Shown: positions 50,807 through 64,000 of the stretch, piece by piece
How the letters are laid out: every line of letters starts with the position of its first letter
How positions within the stretch are numbered: the first letter of the stretch is position 1
From: Yuukianura sp. NJ FZ-2021
Taxonomy: Eukaryota
NCBI GenBank assembly: GCA_046563655.1
Contig: CM102290.1
Span: 8,680,001-8,744,000, forward strand
DNA: 64,000 bases
Reading direction: 5' to 3'
Position numbers and translations under genes: made by a program
The notes under the pieces: generated by a model
What the model was told of the DNA's origin: nothing
What the model saw: only the letters and a program-made list of their open reading frames with translations
The model's database searches: none

Positions 50807-53541
50807 ATCAAAGGACTCTTTGTCCACAACTGGTGCATCTCCACCAGGTTACTTTGGCAATTGATCTCTCAGTCTAAGAGGAGAGGGGGTACTTAACGGC
50901 CCAACGCAGTCTAAAGTAAACTACAATTAACTAGCAACATTTCTTCCCAGTTCACCTTGTCCAATGGATTGAGTCACAAACTGAATAGTGGAATAGCCAA
51001 GAATTTAAATCCTGAAATGACTCGGTATTAACCAATTTCGTCCAGAGTTTAACCAATTTCCTCCAGACGTTTCCAGCTTCTTCCAGAGCTCCAAGTAGGT
51101 TTAAATAATTTAACTGTAATGAACTTTGCATTTGTAGTTGGCCGTTGGAGTGGACGCACAGGAAGAAGATGAGCACTAAAAGTGAAAGAGGACAGTTTCC
51201 ATTGTTTTCCCAAAAGCCGTAGATGTAACATGGCATGATCCGAGAAAGTTTGGAAGGGAGCATTGGCGCTAAAGTGTTGGGAAAGTGGTCGTTGACTTCC
51301 TTTAGTCTCTAGCGATGGAATCGCTGGAAAGTCAAAGAAAGTAGAGAAAATAATTCGGTTAGGTTTTATTTTGTGTTTCTATGGCCTATCCCTACCTCCC
51401 GTCCTCTTAATTTATGGTCTCGAGAAAATGGAAAGTCGCTCTAAACTCTCCTTGTAGCTGTTTGAACTTAAGGTTGGAAAGTTAGAAAAGAACGGAAAGT
51501 GAAAGGCTGACTAAATAAATTGTGGAGCTGAAAATCTCAAATGAATACAAGCGTATCAATTAGAGTTAAGTATCCTTCTAAATTCTTAATTACTCCCTCC
51601 GTTCATTCCACTTCAATCAACCTCTGACCTCGGATGCATTCTTTTCCTGCTGCTGTGGGATGCTGTCAGGCCAGCAGCCAGCATCTGTCTCCTTCTGAAT
51701 TTACTACAGACGCCTCCGCACTTTCTCTAATCAAATGCTCACTTTCTACCAACAAGAACAATCCAAAAAATTATTTGGAACGTCGGAACATAAACTCACA
51801 CAATTGACCCAATTCTTTCAATTTTACGTTCTCCCTATCCAACTTTTAACTTCTAACATTTTATTTATTTCTGGTCTACAACTTTCCAGTTGTTGAACTT
51901 TTCTTAAAGCACTGGAACCACCAACCTTTTACAGTTAGTCCCTGGAAAACATGGCACTGAAATTAGAAATACTACATTGGAAATGCTATAATACTACTAA
52001 TAATACAGTTTCATAGATCATGAAAGCTCATTGAACCTCAGAATATTATTTTGCAAAAACAATGAGTTCATTTTCCACTACGGCATGTCATGAATTTTAA
52101 TAATTACAATGGACATTTCTGATGGAGATCAAAATTCCATTGTTTGAACTTCCCGTAAACAGCGTATTCCAATTGGCCTCAGAGAAGCATTTTCATTGTA
52201 AGCAGCAACGTTAGAAACGAACTTGTTTGTAGAAATAGACACCGTTGGGTTTTCTCCTAATGAAGAACAAAGTAGACGCCAACTTATTAGCAATATAAGA
52301 ACTGTACTGGAGGCGTCATCTATCTACAGTTTCTTCGGGATCTTACGTGTTATGCCGATGCTTTAGTTGTTCAATTCCTCCATGTCAGAGGGTTGTTGAG
52401 GTTGCAAACTGAATTCTAGGCAGAGCAAAAATAATTTTCAATAGACGATTAAAAGGCTAGACTAGAACTCGAAAAGTTTTTCAAAAACTCGAATTATAAA
52501 CTACATTTACGTTCACCCCAATTATAAACTACATTTTAATGTAAATAAAAATTTTATGTAAATATTATTTTAATATCAATTTACTTATTTACAGCTGACA
52601 GTGAATTGAATATTTGGTGAAAGAATTCTTTGAAATCAGGATACGCAAGATTAACGGGTGAGCATGACCTTTTGACCTGTGATTTCATATGCTTACTCTA
52701 GCATTGCGTCGTTTGAAACTTCTCTGCATCATTTCGGCTCCATCTGACAAGCCTTTTGTGCATGAAGAAAATTAACTATGAGATTTCAACTTACCGCTCT
52801 AAAAACTCAGTAGATGGCAGAAGGCGACCAACTTTGCTTGGAATTGGAATCTCGGGATAAGGGTGAAAGTAGTGAAAGCGAAGCAAAAAAATATTTTTCC
52901 TTTCGCCTGAACCCTCCTACCACTGGTGTTTGAAGTAATTCAATCCAAAAATAGAAGAGGGCGAGATTTTAATGAGTTTTTAAGTTCCCCTCCTTCATTA
53001 AATATAAAAATTGTAATCATTATACCCCACTTTTTGGATTTGTTCAATTGAAACTTGGAGCTTCCAATGGCAAAGTAATGAAAACTCTGTCGAGTCTTCT
53101 TGCCTCACTCTTCAGTGGTCACTCCGGAGTCTTCCGTGACCTCATCGTATCTCCTAATGGTCACCTGAAGTAGTGGACATCGGAAGTGACAAGTAGCTGG
53201 GTAGTGTAACCACTTAAGGCTACCACTGAATCCAAATCACGCGGAAGTTTCAGAAAAGCAGAAATGACATCACGGTGTTATAGTGACTCCCCGAAAAAAA
53301 AAATTTGTCTTCTTTTTGGAATTGTTGTTGCCATGGTCGCGATAGAGTTTCAATTTTTCTAGGAACTCTTGTTTGTTAAAAACGGACAGCTCTCATGTTT
53401 CACACGACAAAAATCAATTTCTCGAATTTGCTTTTTTCGTATTTTTGGTGGGGCCTTGAACTACGAGAATTTCGACTTTTTTCTCTGATTTTACCTTTAC
53501 CATTTTTTATTTCCTTTGAAACTCAATTGGGTCACATAAGT

Positions 53542-54451
53542 ATGGCCACTCCAGAGGAAAATACCGACATGGACGAGTTCCTACCAGGAGAGCTTCTGTA
53601 CGATTTGCGTCTTTTGCGTGAAAATATCCAGATCATTCGTTCCTATATGACATGGGGTTCAAAAGTCCTGATCAACATCCGACCTTACTACCCCAAGTGG
53701 GTCTACCGTATTGGCAAACCATGGATTGCCCTGAACCACGAAGAAGCATTTCTTTTCTTCTACGCACTCTCACTGACGGTAAAAAAAAAGCAGCACTTTT
53801 ATGATTTTTCGAAAACGGATTCCTTAAATATTTGTTTTGAACGTTTACTTCAGCTCAACTTCACAATTATGGCCATTGGGTTTGCCTTGAAATTCGCTAC
53901 ACCCAAAGCGAGTATAGACTGGGAACTCCGTAAATGCAAAAAATAACTTCAAATTGTTTTTACAATTTTACACGCAAAAATTCACTTTCCACTTTTTTTC
54001 ATTTCTATTATTTAATTTTTGCAGCTCAGTTTGTCGTTGAAGCCTTTTTGTTTGTCTTGACTTTCCTCATCATCTTGTATCCACGCTACGTGAGTTTCAA
54101 TTTACCTGAAAATTGTTCCACTTTGGTCTAAATTGTTTTGATTTTGATTGTTTGTAGAAATGCTACTTTCTCATTTACTTCTGGGTGTGTTGCAAAGCGT
54201 TCTACTGGTCCAGTCACTGCTATGGCATTGCAGTCCACGTCGATCCTCTTTGGCGTCTCATCATTGGTCCCGGATATGTCGTCTTCGATCTCTATGTCAC
54301 CACAGCCATTCTGTGCCATTCGTTAATTGATTTTGCCAGGGTTGACTACACTTTTGCCGTTCTCGAGGAAATTCTCAAAGAAGAAGTGAAAATTACAGAG
54401 GCTTTGGTGGTTAGAGAAAGGCTGGGAGAAGACTTCTTCACCGACGTCTAA
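53542..54451 (+). CDS. Uncharacterised ~223-aa membrane protein with about four hydrophobic segments
   Basis: Exons 53542-53778, 53854-53929, 54025-54089, 54158-54451. Three short AT-rich GT-AG introns with matching phases (0,1,0) give one open frame. Hydrophobic runs: FLFFYALSLTLNFTIMAIGFAL, FVVEAFLFVLTFLIILY, CYFLIYFWVCCKAFYW, LIIGPGYVVFDLYVTTAILC. Confidence 0.85.
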
Positions 54452-57400
54452 ACAACATTGACAACATCTCAGCCAACAATTTATTCAAAAAATATGTCAA
54501 CAAGTATGGTTTATTCAAAATTCATACATTTTTATCACTCAACTATCAGTAGTAAAGAAAAACTTAACTTGGAAGTGTATGTTGTGATCGTTAAATTATG
54601 TTATTTCCAAATTTTCAAAAATAAGAATGCTAAGATGAAAATACGAATGCATGTTTTTTGAAATTGTTTTTTTCCTGGAATGACATGGAGCTATCGGCGG
54701 TTTGTATTGAAGGTGTTATTACGTTTTCTTCCGCCGTCACAGATGACTTTCGTGAACAAAACAATTGTATTGACACGATTATTTGAAGAAACAAAAAGTG
54801 ACCGACCAAACACAGAAGGACAGGAAGACAACTCCATTATTGCAATTACTATTTGGAGACAATTTGTGTGCCCGCGTAGTTTCAAATTTCAATTGAAGTG
54901 ACTATGGTATGGTGTTGGCGGTGGAAGTGAGTAATGGATTCCATTAATCTGGCCTCCATTGCTCAGAACATTCGTTCTTTTTAGACCTGACGTTACTAGT
55001 GGCCGGATTTCCTTTCTCCAAGGAGAAAATTGGCTAAATTGAAATAAATTGAATTGTGACCAACAAACAATTCTGTGGGATGACAATAGACACTGTTTCA
55101 GGTTGGACAAAAAATATATCTAATTATTCTGGTTTTTGGGTGGGGGCAAATATTATAAAGACAAAAAACACAACATCAAAATAACAATTGTAATGAAGCC
55201 ATCAGAAGCAAAAGGAAATTGAAATATTATCGGCAGGAGTGGCACTTGAAATTGACTTAAAGTAATTGCTAAGCATAATTGCATCTTCTATTTCTATCAT
55301 TTTCATTTCCCATTTGTAACCTTACTCTCTAATTTTCATTCATTTCAACGGATTCACGAGTTTCCAATTCACGATTGTTGTGTTTCAATATGATGAGTCC
55401 ATAATTTCAAAGCTTAGAACAACCCCCTGTGACTTACATTTTCAAAATTTGAAAAACTTGCATAAATTGTTCTGTTTTAGCAGGTAAAATGTGAAAGTGT
55501 AACCTCTGGCTTAAAACGTACCAGTTTAAATACAAATGTTGCACCACTGTTACAAACCCTCGCATTTCCAGGAGAAAGTCACCCGTTTTTTATTGATTTC
55601 GCTGTTCTCGTAAACTGTGCAACTGAAAGCGTTACTTTTCGTATCGTTATTTTGTTTTTCCAGAAACCCTCTACTTATAGTACAAAACCTCCTACCAAAA
55701 GTGTTCATAATTTAATTGAAAATTGCCTTTACACCAAAAAATTCAGTGGCTTATACATCAAGGTTTCATTTTTTGAAAAAGTACCGGCAGTAGCAATTGA
55801 AAAATTTCTTGAACCGAAGTTTGAATCCTCAAATTGCCTTCATTTTGAAGAGAAAGAAGCTTCTGAATAATAGAATAATAATTTATTGGTTCATTTTTAG
55901 AATAATAGGGTAAATTTCGAAGAGTCGGTCGGAAGAACCAGATTATATTTCTATGGCTGGTTCTTAATAAATGAGAAGTGGGTCTTTAATAGGAAGATCC
56001 TTAGGATCTCCCCCTCTTTTTAGGGAAACTACACAAGTAAACTAGTTTAATGAGCCCTTTTCCCTCAGTACTCCTCTCCCTACAACTTTTTGGAAGCTTT
56101 CTTTTTTACTTTTTCGGAGAGCAAGTTGGGATTTGAGGCACAATGAGATTAATGATGATTGTTGGTTACCATTATTAAGGACTGATGAGACCGCGGCACC
56201 TTCAAACTTCCCTTAACTTATCATTACCTATTGATCTATTCGTGATATCATTCTATTATATTTATTACTCTCTAATTGAACCAACTTCAAGGCTTCCCTC
56301 CATCCTGGAACAGAGTACCACCATGAAGGGCCCCCACAAAATACAAGGGCCTCCAACTTCTTGTTCGCAGGGTATCTATGCCAGAAGGAATCAAATGTAA
56401 CCCTTCAATTCCATTTAAGAAAAAACATGAAATCCAATCTGTCTTCCATTCACCATTCCTTTCTTTTTTTGCTTCATCTGTTCAAAAAAAATATTTTTTT
56501 TTTGATTTTTTGAAATTGAGGACTTTCTATCTTCTGCTGTTAAGCTAAAAACGCAAAACTGACAAAATTAAGTGACGATGTCGAAGGTCCTTATGTCCAT
56601 TAGAGCATATCTTTGCTTTTGAAGAATTTTAGTCTTCTTTGGAAAGGAAAAAGAAATTTTAAATTCCTCGTATTATTATTCGTATTATTTCTCGTAGTAG
56701 TAAATTAAATGTCGTAAATTTTGAAATGAAAGACATCGTGCCAGTGTCGGGCTAGGATAAAAAAAAATCTTGACCAGACTCCACATTTTGTATTTGTTTC
56801 GCCAAAACATATTTGCTTGGAAATTTGTTTTTATATATACTGCTCAGGTATCAAATATTATACGGAAAAATACGTTTTCAAAGTGTTTTTAAGGTGAAAG
56901 TTAAACTTCTCTCGGGTTGTGGCGATCTGTGAAATGATTTGACAAGCGACCACCTCCAAATTTTCCCGCCCTTGTTTCCCTCCTAACCAGCATGACGGTA
57001 CTACGACCACTTTGGAAACAAAGATATTGATAGGAGGATTTTCCATTGTTCAAAAGTGGTTCAAATTTTTATTCCGTATGTTACTATTAATGTGTCATTA
57101 TTATCCCACTTCTGTGGGTTGAAGGGGCCCTTCGTCCAGGGCCTCCTGCTTCTAACCCCTTTGTTCCTTTCCCAATTTGGTAGCATCTTCCAATCTAAAT
57201 TGAGCAACGAAGGGAGGTCCTTAGACAAATGAAACACGGAAAGCATGGCCGAACTGCAACCACACCTTCAAATGTTAAGTCGTTCTGCACTGGCATTGTA
57301 AAAATATACTTAACTTAATTTGCTATTTACATTTTTAGTAATTAACTGTATGCACCCTGGTTCAAACATAATTGAAATATAAATGATTCGTAAAGGGACT

Positions 57401-60400
57401 ATGCTTTGTTCAAATGATTCTGCCATGTAATCACGATTTTTAACGGCCGTAAAGCTTGTTTGCTAATATTATCTTCATATGTTATTATGGCCGTTACGTC
57501 AAAATTCGAATAAAATTCAAAACAGTCGAAAGCGTGCGCCGTGAGATCCTCTCTCTTTGTTCGGCATGAGAAATTAAAACGGTCTTTAAGTTGGACACTC
57601 AACGAGCCAGAAATATTAAAATTTTAACAAGCAGCCAAACCAAAACAAAGGTTCTAGAAAAAATTGTTTTTTTAATTAATTTTGCAGAGTTGGTCACTTT
57701 TTGTGTAACTTGAAAAGTGGCGGGGTTTGAACTGTTAAATGTTAAAGAGGAGTGGTGGTAGTGGGAACCATTTTGAGTATGGAGTCCTGCACTTGGTAAT
57801 TATTTTATCACATTTGGCAATCACCGCCTCTTTGGACGAACCTATTTTCTAAACAAGACTCTCTGCATGGCTTTAATTGCGTCACACGCAGGGCCTGTCA
57901 TGCACTCTTCAACTTCTGACGACGAGTCGTAAATTCGGGCCAGACGAACGAACTCGGACTTCCGACTCCCATTCAACGAGCTTCCTTTGGTTATGGATTT
58001 CTTTCTCAAATTATTTCTGCCCTTTTTGTTTCAGTTTTGTAATAGTAGCAGGCATTTACTTTGAGAAAACCAACAAAAGTGTAGCAATTTCTAATTGATT
58101 GTGAGAAAAAGACAATTTTGTGCAATTACTTCCTTTCCCTCGCCAATTGCTTTGACATTTGAAAAAATATTGGCCAAACTAAAACCACTTTTGAAATAGG
58201 AACAGGAAAAATTATTGGAGCAATTACAATTCTTTATTCTTGGAATGACACACAATTCACCAACCCAAGTTGACATAATAGGAGTCAATTAAATTTTTTT
58301 CAGGCTATGCTAATTTTGCTAAACATTGATTTTCGAAGTCACGAAGTGAGTTTCTTTTGTAACGAAAATGGAAAAAAGTGAACACTTTGGTTTAAATGTA
58401 TCACTTCCCTTCATCTAAAGTTCAATGATTGCTCCTAAATGCAAATGATGAAATTTGAAAATATTGGGCGTTATTTACGAGTAGATAAATCCAGTTGGGC
58501 TTAAAGACTTACTTAATAATTCAATTCTAGACGAAATCTGCTGGTAGGTCGTCATTAACTCTGTGGAGGACTTACGGCGGTCTAATGCTAAATGACTTAA
58601 TACACTCTCCAGCAGCAGTACAAAGTCTCACAAAATGGATTTGAAAAGAACAATGGTTTTTTAGACAGGGTCCAAGGAAGATGAAATTGGTAGCAACGGA
58701 GAATGATCAAAGGGATGCCGATTTAGCAACCAAAAATTTCAAAAGTTCCCTCTGGCACTCACACTCTTCCATTCTACCGCAGGTTATGAAAAAAACAGGT
58801 TATTTTCCATCGGAAGAAGAATCAGTTCTAAATTGTTTACTCATCCTGACCACCATTTCCAAAAAAAAAAAATTCTATTGTTTTTAATCGAAATTCCAAA
58901 CAAATGTCTTTGTTTGCAAACTTTTCCTTGCAACTATAAAACCTGTGTCTTCTCAAATGACTTTAATTCTCACTAATGAAACCGAAGAAATTCTGCATAA
59001 AAGTAAATGTGCGTTTCCTCATAAAAAAAAATTAATTCAGTTTTGATTAAGTTCATGGGCAAAAAGTTTAAACAAGTTAGCGAAAGAGGACGAAACTCTT
59101 CAATAAAACTTGTTGTATAATACGAAGCGACTAAAAGGAATTTGCATTTTGTTGGCTTAATACTTCTCAAAAAAGTGAACAATTGCATTCCATTGTTCTT
59201 TTAGCGCAGGAAAAATCGGCAAAAACGTAAACCTCAACGACAGCTTAAAACGACGCTTAAACATTAATGACAGGCACGAGCTTTCATTTGTTAAATTTCA
59301 TCGTCGTGACCTTTGGCTGCCAGAGTGGTCCTCAATGGAAAATAGAATTCTATTGTTGTGAAGACGTTACTTCAGATTTTTCAAAAAGTTTCGATTTTCA
59401 TCAACTTTTCCAAGTTGCTTCATGAAATTTTCAAGTGCGGACAAAGGTATTTGTTACAAGAAGTCAAACAGAACGCGGTAGGTCAAAAGGCCTTGTTCTG
59501 GCGGAAGCCATTTTATTGTTGACGAGTTGTTGAGTTCATTGTTACCTTTTCAAATGGGAATGTTATGGGCTCGAAGGGCCCTTAACTTTTCGGTAAGTGA
59601 ACAACAGAAGTCAATTGATCTTTTCAAAAAGAGTCAATGAACGAGCTTTTCAAAATTTTAAACGTGCTTTTTCACAGCCAAACTTAAAATCGAGCGAGCG
59701 TTTGGTGGTTCTTATGAAGATTCTTGGAAAAAGTGCAATTTTGAGTGTGTATGACCATTAGAGTAAAGGTAACAAAAAATACGCGGGAGATGAAGCCAAT
59801 ATTCCGTGACAGGCGTACATTTGATGACCGTGACTTTCAAATTGGAACCGACAGAAGATCATAAAGTCATAGTTTGGAATTTTGGGGGAAATGGGGCAAA
59901 AATGCACTTAAGCTTCCCATCGCAGATGAAGCCAAACTGACTTTTAAATTGGAAACATGACCTCGTGTTCGTGGTTCCAATCGAACAGAACTGAATAAAA
60001 GTAAGTTAAGGTGGTAATGGGTACTTAAAGTCACTGTGTCATGTGATGGTACTAAGCTAGTGTATGATAAAGTTAATATTTGATGGTGAAATACGACATC
60101 CCTGTCACTTGTAACATGTTAATGTTGGACAATGTACTTAAACCATAGTACCATTAGTTTCCCTTGTCTCCCTCCATCTGCGTGTCTGAGATCTCAATAA
60201 GGGAACAGGAGGAAATTGTGAATTTGTAAAATTTTGGCTTCCGAAAACCGTGAAAAAGTAATTTTTCATTTGGATAATATTATTTCTGGGATCTCGTGAA
60301 GGGGTTCCCATTGGATCTCTCACGCCTTAAGGAGCTAAGTGAGCAGTGGACTTGGACACGAATCTTGGTTTTCAAAGGGCCTCCCAAGGCACAAAAGCAC

Positions 60401-63400
60401 CCTGCTTCACTCCACAGCTCTCTGCCGCTCCAATCAAAATCATTTCTACGTTGTTAGACAATTGAAACATCTGCTTGTCTCCCTGGTGGGGGCCTAAAGC
60501 CTTCAAACTTTCAACCAAAAGCGACGTTGTCGCTTCCCTTGGCAGAATCATGCTCCGACGTATCCGTCACGTCCAATTACAAGCCCCCTACCACATTCTA
60601 GTGACGATGGATACCGTAAATTTTCGAATATGTTTTATCGTCGCCCTCTTCTGAAAAAGGTTTTCACTTGTATTGATTTTTACTTTCAAAAACCACAAAT
60701 CTCAAATTGTTCAAAAAGTTTTATTGCGCAATGCCTGTGAGCAAAATTTAAATGAAAACGAATGACGTAAAAAGGTGAAAGCGAACGGTGAAAACTAACT
60801 GAAAACGAGCGGCTCGTACAGATCTGTAATTCGGAACTGTACGTTATGTTATAGGCCATCGCTACGGCCCTGCAGCGACTTTGGAGAGAGAGATGATGAT
60901 GATAATGAAATGACAAAAGAAATGGCTGGAAGTTATTTTTCCTTTCATTTGTTAGGATTTGACTACCTACCAATTGTATTTGAAATTGTAGAGGGGTCTC
61001 CTGAGTAGCAGGGATCCATTTGGACTTGAGACCGAATCCAATTGAGAAATTCTAACTTAATTGACTCCAACTTTTGGTTTGAAGTTGGATTTGTGAACAA
61101 GAGATTCGTTCCGGTTCCTTTGCCAAATGTGAGCAAAATGGAAGGTTCTCGGATTGAGGCCTTAGAAGGGAAAGGCCTGTGTGAAGTCTCATTTGTGGTC
61201 CTATTATGCCCAAGTGACAAGACGCAGGAGCCCTTCCTACTCCATTAACCAGCCAAAACTCAGAATCCGAGTCAGAATGACTTTCATAAAGTCTCGCTCA
61301 AAGAAGTCAATTGACTCCCAAGTCTCGGGGCCTTGGCTGGAAGACCAACAAAGAAACTGATGAAGTCTTAATAGACTTCGAATCGCTGCCCTTCAATAGT
61401 TTCTCAGGTGAGGTGACAAAAGTCCCGCCCAGCCCATTCACTTGTACTTTCTCAAGGGACAAGAAGCGTGGTTAATGCCAAAAGTTAGTCTAAAAGTTAG
61501 AAGAGTCAGGTCACCTCCAGTTCAAATGTGTAAACTGACTTTCTCAGTGAAGAAGTCATTGAAATGAGTCCCAAGGTTGGTTTTGAAGCAAATTAGTTCT
61601 AGCCATCGTCCTCAATGTTCCAAGAATACAAAAAAGGTAAACGTTTTGGAGAACAATGGCACACTAGTATGTGGGAGGCATTTGTCTTCCTTCCACGATC
61701 TCCATCTGCTTCCTTTTAAGACACTAATTGTATCAATCACAATTGAAATTGCTCACCACTTTATACATTCAATTTCAACAAAAAGAAAACATGAACATCA
61801 AGTTCCAAATTGTTTCACCTGCAGCGCCGTCAGCATTCTGTTGATGTCTTTGGACAGGAACAACTCCCAACATTTATAATTTTGTGTTTCAAATCAATGA
61901 GAACCTCCACGTTATTTTTCTTTTTTTGTGTGACTTTGATGAAGTTTAGGATTCGGTAAGATTTCAATCATGAAAATTTCGTCAGGTAATGCCAAAACAT
62001 ACCACAAAAAAATACGAAATTGAAAACAATGGTTTGAAATGAAACATTTTCACTAGAATTGAAACCCATTCCGATTTTAAAGTCCGTGAGGTTTTGAATA
62101 ACTTTTGTTGACACGTCGTACAACAGAAAACGAAAGTTTATGTGAGGTACTAGAGATTGAAGTGAGGAAGTGTTAAAAGTTGGCAACAATCGAATAGTCA
62201 CGATTGCTAAATTTGCGCTAAGCAACAATTGCTTATAGTTAGTAACTGATGAAAGGGTTCTAATTAATTAGCATGCAGAAGGAAGTCATTCCTTGGCAAT
62301 TCCAAGCGTAACTTCACTTTGGCACTATGCCTATTAATAAGTGGACATGAATAATGATCCACGGCCCTGCGCAGAATTCATTTCAAGATTCACTAGCGTA
62401 TGACTTTCCTCAAGTACTTTTGGTTACATCGGAAGAAATGAGGAACTCCATTAATTAATGTGAGATGACATGACGAGTGATACGTCGGACACTGCCCATG
62501 GACTTAAAGCCGAAGAACAAGCGTTAAAAAAGTCATTGACTAATTAAGGCCATGTATTGGGAGATTCATCAATTGAAATCAATATTCTACGGTTCAAGTA
62601 CTCTCAAAAATTGGCCCGTGGCCTCATTTTTAATTTAGATTTTCTGTAACTTTGGGGCTTCAGATCCAAGCATTTAGAAAGCTTCCAACGCGTTTTTTTT
62701 TGAAATTGTGACTAAAACGAAGTTTAACAATAAGCAGTTCAAAAAATTAGTATTACAGCCAATGTAGTTTTGGAAAATTGACAACAGCTGAAGACTTTTG
62801 TTGTTTAATAATTGTATACCCATATTATTTTATGATTCGCACATAATATGTACAAACTTAAAAATCGATGAATTTTGACAATTTATGACAACTTTTGAAT
62901 TGAAAAGTAAAAATTTCAAAAATTTTGAGTTACGCGGAGCATTTAATACCAAAACATAAATACTTTTTTGTTGAGACTCCACCATTTTTTACCAATTATT
63001 GTTAAGTTGAAGTTGTTTATTAAGAAATTTCTAATGGTCCAAAAACGATTGAAATATGGGCGGAGGCGGCGTGAAAGTGGGCAGAATTCGAATGAGTTCG
63101 TTTTAGTGGTCCAGTATTTCAAAGTCGTAAGAGGTTGAGGGCAACTCCTACTTTTGCAGTAATTTAGTGACTCAATTACGAGTGTCCCTTGTCATGTGGG
63201 TACTTAAAGTCAGACGCATAATTACGTAAAGCATCGCTCTTAACTTATTTCTTGTACTCGTGGTAAAATTAGAGGAGTACTAGGTTGTTCTTAGATTTCT
63301 TTTTCTATGCCCAACGTTTAACAACCCACATCACACTTTAGGAGCCCTTAATTCCGTAATACCCCTTGGAATGCCGTCCCTTCAGGTCATCCCCAATTAC

Positions 63401-64000
63401 TTAAGCTACAACTTCCAAACGGACCTGTGTTATTACGCGCAAACGAATTACGGGTGATGAACAAGTTGTACCTCGGTACTACACTTGACCCTCTTTAAAG
63501 TTACCGCGGTTCATAGAAATGAAGGTTTTGGTCCATATCCAAGAGGAAGAGTTTTCCAATGCCAAAAGTGAAAGCACGGTGAAAACACTGCGTTGTGTTG
63601 ATGTAATGCTGATGTTGCGGACCTAAAAGCTCAAATTTTTGAAAAATACGCTGGTATAAAATTGAAACCAATTCTGTGGACAATGAAATGAATTTAAAAA
63701 AAAAATTTTTTTGTTTACTTATTTGAAAACTAGAATTTTAAATTTTTCGACACAAATGTTTTTAAGGAGAATTCGGAGATTATGAGTAAAAGCGTACGGT
63801 ATTGGATAATAATAGGATAATAATATTGAAATGTTGTTTTTGATTGTTGGTTCGGAATCTTGGTTGGTTGAAAGATGAGATGTGTGGGATCTTGGATTTT
63901 TTGTGTTTCCAGCGATCATGATGGTTGTGTCGGTGTATTGCTGGCCACCCAGGTGAAGGCTAGGTGGTTGGGCAAAGTGACTTCGGCCAGCGGAGACTGA

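Noticed and set aside
61355..61385. CTGATGA followed by a hairpin, hammerhead-ribozyme-like
   Set aside because: The stem is not followed by the required GAAA and stems I and III are missing.
63838..63860. 12-nt match to the 5' end of miR-315 (TTTTGATTGTTG)
   Set aside because: Low-complexity match that diverges afterwards; no complementary star arm visible.

Overview
Eukaryotic, AT-rich, intron-containing arthropod-type genomic DNA; the species cannot be named from sequence alone. Five spliced protein-coding genes were reconstructed by hand, all with GT-AG introns and consistent phases: (1) a secreted multi-domain Cu/Zn-SOD-fold repeat protein (Rsod/CSRP-like, minus strand, 3' end outside the window); (2) the [Arg7]-corazonin precursor (minus); (3) lateral signaling target 2 / ZFYVE28 (plus, 10 coding exons, 10.6-kb first intron); (4) a Tlx/Hox11 (C15/clawless) NK-class homeobox gene (plus); (5) an unrecognised 223-aa protein with about four transmembrane segments (plus). 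Non-autonomous DNA transposons are frequent: four hAT-like elements with 8-bp TSDs (one carrying a two-state 11-bp minisatellite), a nested MITE pair and a Phantom/Foldback-like element with a 12-bp TSD. No tRNA, rRNA, CRISPR array or transposase ORF was found. I found no clear new multi-gene system. The best leads are SOD repeats that lack complete copper sites, candidate alternative first and poison exons in lst-2 and Rsod, a Tlx without the Trp hexapeptide, a GGCCCTT motif enriched around Tlx, and the orphan membrane protein. All coordinates and counts were read by eye.
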